A DNA stretch of 64,000 nucleotides from Octopus sinensis (lineage: Eukaryota). Of the stretch, positions 52,831 to 64,000 are shown piece by piece. How positions within the stretch are numbered: position 1 is the stretch's first letter; each line of letters opens with the position of its first letter. Location of the stretch: positions 151,838,001 to 151,902,000 of the forward strand of contig NC_043000.1 of the NCBI RefSeq assembly GCF_006345805.1. The letters are read 5' to 3'. A program made the position numbers and the translations under genes. The notes under the pieces were generated by a model, which worked only from the letters and a program-made list of their open reading frames with translations, was not told where the DNA came from and ran no database searches.

Positions 52831-53529
52831 CACTCACAATACTCGCAAATATATCTGAAAAAAAAATATTATTCTGGTTATCATAACAAATTCTGAAACT
52901 TGGCGAAGTAGAAAGCCTCAGCGGCTCTTTCAATATTAATTACAGAAATGTTATTCCACTCCTTCTAACCAGTTTCTGCGTTACCCAGTATTTATTCTAC
53001 AGCCTATAACGTTACACAGTTCAAAAACAGCATCTTCCTTTTTATACACTTGGTTCAGCTTTCTTTTCAAAATTGTAAAATACTTTATTTTTGTATGAGA
53101 AATTGAATTATCCCTTCTGAATTTTCTTGGACTTTCACTTTCTTCATCGTGACATTCATTCGATCATGAATTTTATAACCTTTAGTACAGGTTCCAAATA
53201 AATGTTGACTTTATGTACTTTCTTACATTGGAGACGCATACTAACTTTTGCTAAATTGGAGACGCATACCAACTTTTGCTAAATTGGTGACTTTCCATTT
53301 TTCTATAGCATAACTATGCTACAGAAAGTATGTTTTGCACCTATATTGATTACATTTCGTCTCGCTTGAAATTCGTGTATGTACGTTTTGCTGTTTTCAA
53401 TATTATCAATTCTATGAGTGTGTGTGTATATGTATGTGTTTCTACATTCGTTACGTCTATAGTAAACTATAGTAAAGAACATTTATCGCTGTTTTAATGA
53501 GCCCACATCTAATGAAGAAGCCATCCTTA

Positions 53530-53720
53530 TGGTTGGTGATTCGTGTTCAAGAAAACAACCTTAAACGTGTTTCACTGACTCATCCCTCTTATGATGCTCT
53601 CCAGTATAATCTTATTCTGTGGAATGGACAAGATGGGTATTATTTCAATATTCCTCGGATTGAACCTGCAACAGGAATAGCCAATTACAAACAAAAGGGT
53701 GTCATCAGACTTCTCTCTTC
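53530..53720 (+). pseudogene. Helitron RepHel N-terminal fragment
   Basis: LKRVSLTHPSYDALQYNLILWNGQDGYYFNIP matches the Helitron L.RI.E.H.SYDALQYPL.F..GEDG motif. Confidence 0.75.
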
Positions 53721-54049
53721 CACGCGGTGGGGATAGAGGGAAATTAAAATTTTGAAAACGTGATTTCAGGACAAAATCGTATTAACACGCTTCTATACGA
53801 TGCATAGTTTCTAATCTTTCTTAAGAACAGGAAGCACCTTCATGCAAACCTATGCAAATTGAACCCCCACCCGTCACTGTTAAACAAAAGAAAAGCTTCC
53901 ATTATTCCAATAACTATGTATCAGCTATGCCAATTCTGCCCATAACAGAGGAGCAAAAAATTCAATATGCTTGTAGGACATAACAGCCGGGCAACGCTGG
54001 AATGCATAGCTAGTTTTTGTGTGTGTGTGAATGTGTGTATATATATATA

Positions 54050-54095
<46 letters not shown>

Positions 54096-54142
54096 GCATA
54101 TATATATACACACACACACATATATATATGTATATATATATA

Positions 54143-54438
54143 TTCTTTTATCCTTTTACTTGTTTCAGTCATTTGACTGTGGCCATACTGAAGCACAGCC
54201 TTTAACCGTACAAATCGACCCCAGGGCTTATTTTTTGAGAGCCTAGTACTTATTCTAACGATCACTTTTGTTGAACCACTAGGTTACGGGGAGATAAACA
54301 CACTAACATCGGTTGTCAAGTGATAGTGCGGAGACCAAAGTACACGCACACATATGTATATATATACGACGGCCTTCTTTCAGTTTCCGTCTACCAAGTC
54401 CATTTACAAGGCTTTGGTCGGCCCGAAGCTGGAGCAGA
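54143..54438 (-). mobile_element. Diverged SINE family B
   Basis: Tail, central domain and part of the 5' region are recognisable. Confidence 0.75.
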
Positions 54439-54917
54439 ACCAGCAGAACTGAGCAAAACATTGCAGATGTGCGTGCAGCTGTGAGGGGAAATCGTCGAAT
54501 CACCCTCTGTGAGTCATCAGAGGATATGCAAATTAGTCACGATTCAGTTCAGGCGATTATCACAGAAGATGTGAGTATGAGACACGTGTCTGCCAAGTTT
54601 GTGCCAAAAGTGCTTTCAGCTGATCAAAAAGATACTCTCCTTGATTGTGTCGAGAACGATGAAAACTTTGAAAACTTTGCGTAAGCCTCTGAGCGGGTAT
54701 CCCTAAGCTTTTAGAAAAATTTGATGCGGATTTTCTGCTCAACTTTGTCGTGGTCAATTCGGCGATCACACGCTACACACGTAAACGGCGGAAAGGAACT
54801 AGAGCGTTGAAATTTAGTGTGCACGCACAGCAGAGTTCAAGATCAATCTGTGCCCAGCGGCTTCGCTCTGCGTGCTTTAGCTTCGCTATTATTGCAACAG
54901 TCCGATCAGACCACGTA
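54439..54917 (+). mobile_element. Internally deleted mariner (second HTH region and right end)
   Basis: NIADVRAAVRGNRRITLCE..EDMQISHDSVQAIITEDVSMRHVSAKFVPKVLSADQK matches mariner transposase; the element ends GATCAGACCACG followed by TA. Confidence 0.8.
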
Positions 54918-54937
54918 TATATATACATACATATATA

Positions 54938-54983
<46 letters not shown>

Positions 54984-55030
54984 ATATATATATAATATAT
55001 ATATATATCAGACCACGAATGTATATATAT

Positions 55031-56636
55031 ATCAAAATAAGCAGCAAGATATCAATAGGTGATGCAGTACAACCGTTTCAAGCGACTCTATTTAATTGAA
55101 CAATGCAATCATTATATCAATTGAAATGGAGGGTTACGAAATAACTACGAAAAGGAGTCTGTTGAACATCAACTTAGAAATCAAGAAAATTATGATGGAA
55201 TATAACTTGGCAGATAGGACTGAACCCTTAACACCAAATGAACCAAGAATTTACATCAAGGACCATAAAAAGAACTTCCAAGATAATCCTACTGTTAGAC
55301 TAATCTGCCCGACTACGTCCGATATAGGTCGACTTAGCAAATCTGTTCTGGACACTATACTATCCCGAATAATTCCTAATCTCTCTCTCAATCTATGGTT
55401 TTATACAGATGAAGTGATATACTGGTTTAAATCCATTGAAAATATACCTAATTATTCGTTTATTCAATTTGATATTAACAGTTTTTATTCCAGTATATCC
55501 CCTATTCTTCTTAACAAATCTCTAATTTTTGCAAAAAATCTTTCTCTTATAAGTAGAGATAAAATTGATATTATTCTTTTAGCTAGGAAGATTATCATAG
55601 AATTCTTAAAGAGAAATATAAACTTTCTAGCTACTTAAGTCTAGAAGAGTTGATTAAACATACCCGTAATAAAGTACAAATATTTGTGTATATTTTTCAT
55701 GTGTGCACATAGTTAAAGATGTGTATGTATCTATGCACAACTTATTTTTTCGATTTTTTTCTGATTCTTAGCTTACAACTTATACAAAGATAGCATGATT
55801 TATCATCCCAATATTCCATAAGTAAATACCCAGAGCAATCTTTATAAAAACCAACCTTATAAGTAAATAATTAAGTACTGGTATGAATATTAAACTAATT
55901 CTATGTAATCTTCCCTTTCTAATGTTGAAAATTGGTGTATATATATATATAATATATATATATATTATATATATATATATAGTTTATCTATTCTGTTTAT
56001 AAAATCATTTTTAGTAATCTTAAATTTTATCTTCATACAACATAACAATATTGTTTATATACAATCATCCATTGTACCCCATGATAATTTCCTCTGTATT
56101 AACATCATAGGTTTTATCAGCGTCTTGCCCTTTAACTGATAATTAACATCTTGATTTAGGGTCTTCCCCTACCCAGCCTCCTTTATAGACAGTTACTTAT
56201 ACATTTTCTAAATCCTGACAATGTTTATGAACATACCCAACTATAAACTGTCAACTCACCCTGTCTATCCAATCTAAACAGACACTGTCCTCTAGCCTTA
56301 GATTTGGTTATTGATAAAAAAAAAAGAAACTAATAAATTAAAAATGAACCACTATCATTTACAAGCTATGACCCTAACAAACTTCATACAGTTCTTAGAA
56401 GTGTAGTATATTCTGAGTCACATTAGTAGCAACCTGGACTTTCTCCCTCTTCTTGCTCTATTTGAGAATTTGAGTAAAATTATATTGTGTCCAATTGTTT
56501 AAAAAGTTCTATTTATTTATGCATCTGAAGATAGCCCCGCATTTAAATTAATGTAATGATTGCATTGTTAAATTAAATGGAGCCGCTTGAAACGGTATAG
56601 CGCATCACCTCTTGATAGCCTGTTGCTTATTTTGAT
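55031..56636 (+). mobile_element. Penelope-like element remnant: inverted partial pLTR, RT N-terminal ORF (55137-55638), 3' pLTR
   Basis: RIYIKDHKKNFQDNPTVRLICPTTSDIGRLSKSVLD...NLW..TDEVI.WF.SI...SFIQFDINSFYSSI...LL.KSL.FA is a PLE RT pattern; 55031-55136 is a diverged inverted copy of 56532-56636. Confidence 0.8.
56518..56607 (+). ncRNA. Degenerate type I hammerhead ribozyme motif in the PLE pLTR
   Basis: CTGAAGA at 56525-56531, imperfect helix II including CATTTAA/TTAAATG, GAAAC at 56589-56593; the inverted copy retains GAAAC-GGTT-GTA. Confidence 0.5.
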
Positions 56637-56738
56637 TTTATTCACCTTACTTTGAGTTGTACTGATAATACCGCACTAACTTGGTACTTCAACTTAAGTA
56701 CCTAATTCAACTGAATCTCAATTATTTCTTCACACACA

Positions 56739-57075
56739 CATACGTATGTATATATGTATGTATGTATGTATGTATGTTTGTATGTATGTATGTATGTATG
56801 TATGTATGTATGTATGTATGTATGTATGGTATGTATGTATGTATGTATGCATATATATGTATATATACATACACACACACACACATATATATATACATAT
56901 ATATGCATATATATGTATTTATATGCATAGATATATGTATGCATATATATATGTATGTATATATGTATGCATATATATGTGTGTGCCTGTATGCGTGTGT
57001 GTATGAATATATATATGTATATATATATATATATATAATATATATATGTATATATATATATATAAGTATGCTATA

Positions 57076-57125
<50 letters not shown>

Positions 57126-57340
57126 TATTATATATATTAGTATGTATATGTATGTATATTATATATATATATAATGTATATATATATATATATATAATAT
57201 ATATATAATATATATATATTATATTATAAGTATGCTATGTATATGTATATATATGAATGCATATATATATATATTATATATATATATATATATTATATAT
57301 ATATATATAATATATATATACATACATACATATATGTAAA
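56739..57340. repeat. TATG/TA compound microsatellite
   Basis: Read directly from the sequence. Confidence 0.92.
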
Positions 57341-57839
57341 CAGTGACAAATATACTTTCAAGAATCCATAATTGGGCGGTTCCGACTATGAGGTGAATTC
57401 AAAGAATATTCATTCTAATTTTGGTGCTTCTAAATTAATGTAGCTAAGATAAGAAAGTCTGGAAGTTGCCTGGTTTCTATTTAGCGCCGCGATATGCGCG
57501 CGCGCGTGTGTGTAAGAGTGTGTGTATGTATGTATAATAATATATATATATAAATATTTATTATACAATATTTACATGTATATAAATAGTTGTGTATCTC
57601 GTGCGTATGTATGTATGCATGTATTATACATGTATATATGTATATGACTGCATGTATGTGCATACATACACTCGAACGCCCTGTATATATATATATATAT
57701 ATACATACACACACTGGGCGTACTAGCTAACTTTGACAGTTTTCATAAAAGGAAAATATAGCAAAATATTCCGTCCAAAAATAAAAGTATTTTAAAACAT
57801 CGGAAAATATCAACTGTGATAGATTATGGCTAGGAGATA

Positions 57840-58494
57840 GCAGCTTCCTCAAAGCAGCTGACCTCAGCTTCCGCCACGGCCTGAAAGCGGCCTGGAATCT
57901 GGCGCATGCGCTCCTCCTTGATCCTGGCCACCAAGCGTAGCCCTGGTGTTGCAGGCAGAGAGGTTAGTACCTTTCTCAACCTTGTCCCACAATTGGGCTT
58001 ACAATTGAGGGAATTAGAAGACTAGGAATTGATGCAAGTGAAGTCATCAAAATTCTCCGACAACTACTTTTGACTCTTTCTGGAGGAGTGGCAAGGGGCT
58101 AAAACCTGCTGCCAAATATATAGCCTTCCATCAGCAACCCTCCCGAGCCAGCGTTTAACCACAGTCACCACCAACTTCACATAGCCGCCTGTATTGAGCC
58201 TAAGGCTATGTTCAAAGATGTAGGGGTGAAAAACGGTTCGCAGAAGCAATGAGATTTCCTGCTGTTTCACTTCCTACTCGTCACGGCTTCGTGATTTCCG
58301 TTGCAGCTGTCCATTTCACGTCTTATAGCGTTCAGAGTGTCCACGGAGCATTGATCATTAGTCACGATATCGGCATTTTGATACCCAGCGCGCATCATCA
58401 TGATAGAGGTAACTCTTTTCCCAATATTCAGATGGCTTCCAGTCCTCCATGTCAGCTAACTTTTTCTCAACAGCAAATTTAACTTTTATGCTCT

Positions 58495-58500
<6 letters not shown>
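57840..58500 (-). mobile_element. Decayed Tc1/mariner-superfamily transposase fragment (DDD C-terminal part)
   Basis: LRLNTGGYVKLVVTVVKRWLGRVADGRLYIWQQVLAPCHSSRKSQK*LSENF..F...S*SSNSP...WDKVEK matches the (F/W)QQD.AP.H...WP.NSPD motifs. Confidence 0.75.
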
Positions 58501-58572
<72 letters not shown>

Positions 58573-58574
<2 letters not shown>

Positions 58575-58884
58575 ATATTATTAGTGAATTGAAGAAATGG
58601 AGTTGAACGAAGATTGAACAGAAATCGTTTTATTGCATTCTACACGTGTTTCGAAAGGCACAATTTACCAAATTCCGATTGAATAAGGAGACCATATTGT
58701 GTCTTTCTCTTCAGGAAGAAATAGGAAATCCGTTTATTTCTTCCTGAAGAGAAAGACACAATATGGTCTCCTTATTCAATCGGAATTTGGTAAATTGTGC
58801 CTTTAAAAACACGTGTAGAATGCAATAAAACGATTTCTGTTCAATCTTCGTTCAACTCCATTCTTCAATTCACTAATAATATTA
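58573..58884. repeat. Near-perfect palindrome, ~150-bp arms with an 11-nt spacer
   Basis: 58573-58723 is the reverse complement of 58735-58884, apart from a 2-nt substitution and a 1-nt indel. Confidence 0.97.
58630..58723 (-). ncRNA. Type I hammerhead ribozyme with intact core (PLE-type)
   Basis: CUGAAGA (58714-58708); helix II GAAAGACACAAU/AUUGUGCCUUUC, 11 of 12 pairs; GAAA (58652-58649); helix III AC-ACGU-GU with a palindromic loop; GUA triplet with predicted cleavage at 58641/58640; helix I UUC/GAA plus UAUU/AAUA. Confidence 0.75.
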
Positions 58885-59052
58885 TTAAAATTCATTATAT
58901 CCGCACCAACGCACGGTTGCAACACCATATGGTTGTACCTCCAACCGTGCTGTCTTCTGCTGTGATTTTTGCTACCAGGTATCGGTTAAACTTTTGATTA
59001 ATCTGCAACAAGATTATTCATCTTTCTATTTCACAATATATATATAATATAT

Positions 59053-59095
<43 letters not shown>

Positions 59096-59259
59096 TATAT
59101 ATATCTATATATATATATTATATATATTATTATATATATATATATATATATAATATGCCGACAGAGAGAATGAGTGCTTAACGCCAGATTTGCAGATAAA
59201 ATATTCATTTGTGGGATAAAAAATCTACCAATGGTTTCATGTATATAAATATATATATG

Positions 59260-59315
<56 letters not shown>

Positions 59316-59320
59316 ATATA

Positions 59321-59361
<41 letters not shown>

Positions 59362-59376
59362 TTATATATAATATCT

Positions 59377-60160
59377 CATATATTAAGGGCTAAAGAGGGT
59401 TTTCTAAAGCCAAATACACCTGTTTTATCCACTTATAATCCGCTTGTTACAGGAAAATTGAAACTGAAAACGGGCAACTAACCTTTAGAAAATTTAAATT
59501 TCGTTATCTCTATATTGAATCAATTTCGGACTTAATCTTATAAAAAAAGATATATTCCTTCTTCAGTAGAACTTTCGATGGATATAAATAAAATACTCAC
59601 GTATGATCATGGAAAAAGCACAAGCTAAAAACATAACTAACACTTGAGTACATCACTTATATCTAAAAATAAAATTCTTTGGTCAGCCTCAGAAAACAAC
59701 GTCCAGACCTTCTCGCCGCTACAAATTGTAATGGTTACCAGTCCTCCTGCAGCAAGCATCGAGTTTACTACTAAGCAATATAGGATGAAGTTCCCTTACT
59801 CTACAGCAAAGGAATTCATCAGGAAGCGTGGGCAGTATATTTTAAAAAAACCGGTTACGGTTGCAATATACATCATATAATTAAGGGCTAAAGAGGGTTA
59901 TTCTAAAGCCAAATACACTGTTTATCCATTATAATCCGCTTGTTACAGGAAAATTGAAACTGAAAACGGGCAACTAACCTTTAGAAAATTTAAATTTCGT
60001 TATCTCTATATTGAATCATTTCGGACTAATCTATAAAAAAAGATATATTCCTTCTTCAGTAGAACTTTCGATGGGATATAAATAAAATACTCACGTATGA
60101 TCATGGAAAAAGCACATCAAGCTAAAACATAACTACACTTGAGTACATCACTTATATCTA
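59377..60160 (+). repeat. Two ~288-bp direct repeats around a 208-bp unique spacer
   Basis: 59377-59665 versus 59874-60160; the differences are almost all single-base indels. Confidence 0.85.
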
Positions 60161-60377
60161 TATATATATATAGTTAATAGTAAAAAGGGAAAACTACAGA
60201 GGCTTGTTTTAAGAGGTTAAAAAATATATATTTGAGTCAATATGTCTGAAGAATGTTATAAATTTTTTTCATACAATGACATAATTTTTGAAAAAATGAC
60301 CGGTTTTTTCACTTTTTACTATTTTCTATATATTCAACCACATGCTTTCACACACCAACTTTCTCACCTATATATAT

Positions 60378-60445
<68 letters not shown>

Positions 60446-60481
60446 GTAGTATGTATGTATGTATGTATGTAGGTATGTATG

Positions 60482-60537
<56 letters not shown>

Positions 60538-61519
60538 TAAAACCAAGCGCCTCCTCTTCTAGCACTCTCTCTTTTGTTAGTCAATATTCATACCTTCTCT
60601 TAGTTCGACGGAAAGCCGCCTGTTTCATCTCCATTCTGTGAAGGTATTACATTGAAACTGTAAGACAGAAGCGGGTGTATGCAGAGAATGAGAAGAGGAA
60701 GTTTTGTTCACATGAAAAGAAGTTTATTAATACATAGTAGCTCAACTTGCTAAAAATAGCAGCTAAAAATCCTAACAAATCTCATACCCTTCCGTATTAT
60801 ATAACGCCATGTATGAAACAATATTCTTCCTGATACACAAATGGCAGGATTATCTCGACCAGGATGCCTTTCCTAATAGTTTTCTTCGCCACCAAAACAT
60901 GTGGATATTCACAATAACAAAATTTACTTCGAACCAAAGAAGAAAAAATCGCTATGCGACGCACTTATTTGGTGTTGCAGCCAAATTTATTTATCTGCGA
61001 TAACATAACGCTAAGGATTGCTCATCGGCTGTTTCGGGAAGATAAAGTGATACAAAAAAAGTTATGCTTGTATAATATCTAATTAGGTAGGTTATTATCG
61101 ATCAACTTCCTCTTACTGTTTCCTTTACTGAAACAACAACAGTTTCTACTAACCAGCCACATATAGCTACTCTCTTGTTACCGATTCCTAACGCCATTGT
61201 ATAATCACAGGTTCCATATTAAACAATACTGAAATTTCTTTTTAAATCCATTCTTTATTAAATATTCCTTTCGACTATCGATTTCCAACAATGGAATATT
61301 TGCCAATTAATTTAACTGGTCCTCATTATTCTCCGTTTAGGAAAACCAACAAATGTTTTCTAATTTCTCAAACTAACAAAAGGCAAAATACCACAGATTT
61401 TGTTTAAAGTCGTCCCATTTACTTCACTAATACTTCTTTTATTCATCCGGGGAGAGGGGAACTCTAAGTCGACCGTGACCGGATTAGAACTCAGAATGTA
61501 AATGTTATAAATAAAGACA

Positions 61520-61572
61520 ACACGGCATTTTGTCGGCAGCATTTTTATTCTGCTGCCGACAAAATGCCGTGT
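61520..61572. other. Perfect 22-bp hairpin with a 9-nt loop
   Basis: ACACGGCATTTTGTCGGCAGCA-TTTTTATTC-TGCTGCCGACAAAATGCCGTGT. Confidence 0.9.
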
Positions 61573-61589
61573 CATCTTAGCTTAGATAA

Positions 61590-61800
61590 TTGTTTCTGAT
61601 TTAGACACAAGGCTAGCAATTTTCAAGGGAGGGATTAGTTGATGCCAACAACCCCAGTACTTGACTGGTATCTTGTTTTGTCGATCCAGAAAGTTAAATT
61701 TGACCTCGGCGGTATTTGAGCTCAGAATATAAAAAGCTGGAAGAAATTCCACAAAGCATTTTCTTTCCGACTCTCTAACGATTCTGCCGGCTCGCTGCCT
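61590..61800 (-). mobile_element. Old SINE family A, tail 1
   Basis: Degenerate tail, core and head. Confidence 0.6.
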
Positions 61801-61896
61801 TTTGTTGGTGAAACAATGGTTTGTAATTTAGTAATAAGGCTAGAAATTTTGAAGGGAGTGGATTTGTCGGTCATATCCACCGTAGTACTTCATTGT

Positions 61897-62290
61897 AAGT
61901 GGAGGTGCAATGGCCCAGTGGTTAGGGCAGCGGACTCGCGGTCATAGGATCGCAGTTTCGATTCCCAGACCGGGCGTTGTGAGTGTTTATTGAGCGAAAA
62001 CACCTAAAGCTCCACGAGGCTCCGGCAGGGGATGGTGGTGATCCCTGCTGTACTCTTTCACCACAACTTTCTCTCACTCTTACTTCCTGTTTCTGTTGTA
62101 CCTGTATTTCAAAGGGCCGGCCTTGTCACTCTCTGTGTCACGCTGAATATCCCCGAGAACTACGTTAAGGGTACACGTGTCTGTGGAGTGCACAGTCACT
62201 TACACGTTAATTTCACGAGCAGGTTGTTCCGTTGATTCGGATCAACCGGAACCCTCGTCGTCGTAACCGACGGAGTGCTTCCATCCATCC
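61897..62290 (+). mobile_element. Full-length SINE family C nested in an older SINE A remnant
   Basis: 13-bp TSD AGTACTTCATTGT at 61884-61896 and 62291-62303. Confidence 0.92.
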
Positions 62291-62893
62291 AGTACTTCAT
62301 TGTCACATTATTTTATTGACCTTGGAATTATGAAAGAAAAAACTGATCTCGGTGGGATTTCAGCTGAGAATGTAGAGTTGGAACAACTATCCCGAGGAAT
62401 TGTTTTTCAACGATCTAATGATTTTGCCAGCTTGCCACTCCCTTTTTTTCTTTATAAATAATGGTTTCAAATTTTGCCACAAGGTCAACTGTTTCGGGAG
62501 AATATATAAGTTAATTATATTGACCCCAGTAATCCACTGGTATTTAATTTATCAACCCTGAAAAGATGAAAGGCAAAGTCGACCTCGGCTGCTAAGCATT
62601 TTGCCCGGTGTTCTAACGATTCTACCACCTTGCTACCTTTTTTCCCCAATAAATAATACAAAACGTTTTATTCACTTTCCCTTTATCAGAGACGATGAAT
62701 TCTTGTATGTGGCTGGCTACGAATCACGCGCCACTGAAAAAGGCACCAAAAGGCCGAAATGAATCTGGTGCTCCCGCTGGCTGTTGCTGGAACGAATTTT
62801 CTTCTCTGATATTTATCGTGTTTTTTAACACCACAAGTCCATAAAAGATGTTATCTCTGGATAAATTGCAGTAACTGGCCTAACGATAATGCA

Positions 62894-62912
62894 CACACAC
62901 ACACATACACAC

Positions 62913-63002
<90 letters not shown>

Positions 63003-63012
63003 GTAGATAGAT
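62894..63012. repeat. (CA)n-(GATA)n microsatellite
   Basis: Read directly from the sequence. Confidence 0.95.
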
Positions 63013-63351
63013 GGTCGATTTAAATCTACTACTTTTGTTGGTCCATCAACGTAGAACATTGCAACTGGTTTTAAGGATTGTCTCCGACTTTTAATTTGCT
63101 TGAAATGATTTTTAAAAATAAATATATAGGGAGGAACGAATGAATAAAATCATCAAATTTTCGTTTCGATATTTTAGCACCTGTTTCCATGGGGGAAAAG
63201 GCTTATATGATTTATATGGTTTATAAAAAAAAATTATTGAAAAAAGCATGAGCGTCAATGAAATTACATTTCAGGTTACTAAGTTTACAGCATTTCTCTC
63301 TTGTTGACAAATATAGAAATTCGACTATAATAAATGTCATTAAAAAGATTA

Positions 63352-63751
63352 TCTTTATATATAAAAGTAAGGTTGTGTGCTGTCTGTCTCCTACGATTTA
63401 GATTCCTAACTACTCCCACATTTTGCGGTGCAGTTTAACCCAAACCGGGTATCTTATAGTCGTGATTTATATCAAGCCCTTCTGGGTATTAGCGCGCGTC
63501 TACGATGAGTCTACGATTTTAAAAAAAAATAACCATCAATTTTTCCCATTTTTAATGCATTTTTGGCATATATAAGGGAAGTAACTCTCTAAAAATGTAT
63601 TATTAAATCTCAGAACGTAAAAAGCTACAGTAACACCCCCCCCTTTGTGGTTAGCAGCCATATTGAGATGGCTGTTATACTTTACATCTCTAAAAATGCT
63701 TATATAGTTATTTCCCTTACAAACCCGAGCAACGCCGGGCGATACTGCTAG
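63352..63751 (+). mobile_element. Non-autonomous Helitron, internal type II
   Basis: A|TC at 63352, hairpin at 63724-63739, CTAG|T at 63748-63752. Confidence 0.87.
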
Positions 63752-64000
63752 TTCTATATAAAAAAAAAATTACAGAACAGAAACAAAATCATTTGAAATA
63801 ATATCAGAAAGGACAATACAAAATAATAAATTAAATGTTATTTGGAATGTCTCGTGATTGTTAAATGAAATATGTTAACAATTGTTTTTCTCCGCATCGA
63901 AAAAATATTTTTGATAAAAGTGAGTTAAAAAAGATTTTTAGAATTTTTATAAACCAGCCTAAAATAATTTTAATACTTCCAAGCCTGTACGTTTCAATCA

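Noticed and set aside
59783-59823. CTGATGA followed by a hairpin on the minus strand
   Set aside because: There is no GAAA after the stem, and GATGAA pairs with TTCATC as part of an ordinary hairpin.

Overview
AT-rich eukaryotic intronic or intergenic DNA, most likely from an octopus (coleoid cephalopod). That assignment is inferred from the SINE families and microsatellite spectrum, not from a database search. I can support no intact protein-coding gene, rRNA, true tRNA or CRISPR array, and the long ORFs in the track are microsatellite translations. The window contains: (i) many tRNA-derived SINEs in 3-4 families, several with clear target-site duplications (TSDs); (ii) decayed LINE fragments (CR1-type, RTE, R4/Dong-like with restriction-like endonuclease) and Penelope-like element (PLE) fragments; (iii) four non-autonomous Helitrons plus a RepHel fragment; (iv) mariner/Tc1 and hAT remnants and several MITEs; (v) very long (TATG)n/(CATA)n, (TA)n, (TATC)n and (AAT)n arrays; (vi) a 100-N gap. 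Two observations stand out. First, one SINE family forms TSD-flanked dimers and trimers built from an exact 184-bp unit joined at an invariant, non-homologous junction (GAAATAG|GTATTTC). The two sides of that junction are complementary, which suggests a circular or rolling RNA intermediate; that mechanism is inference. Second, a 312-bp near-perfect palindrome carries a type I hammerhead ribozyme on each arm, one with an intact core and one with a mutated core, and a second, degenerate hammerhead sits in the terminal repeat of a nearby PLE.
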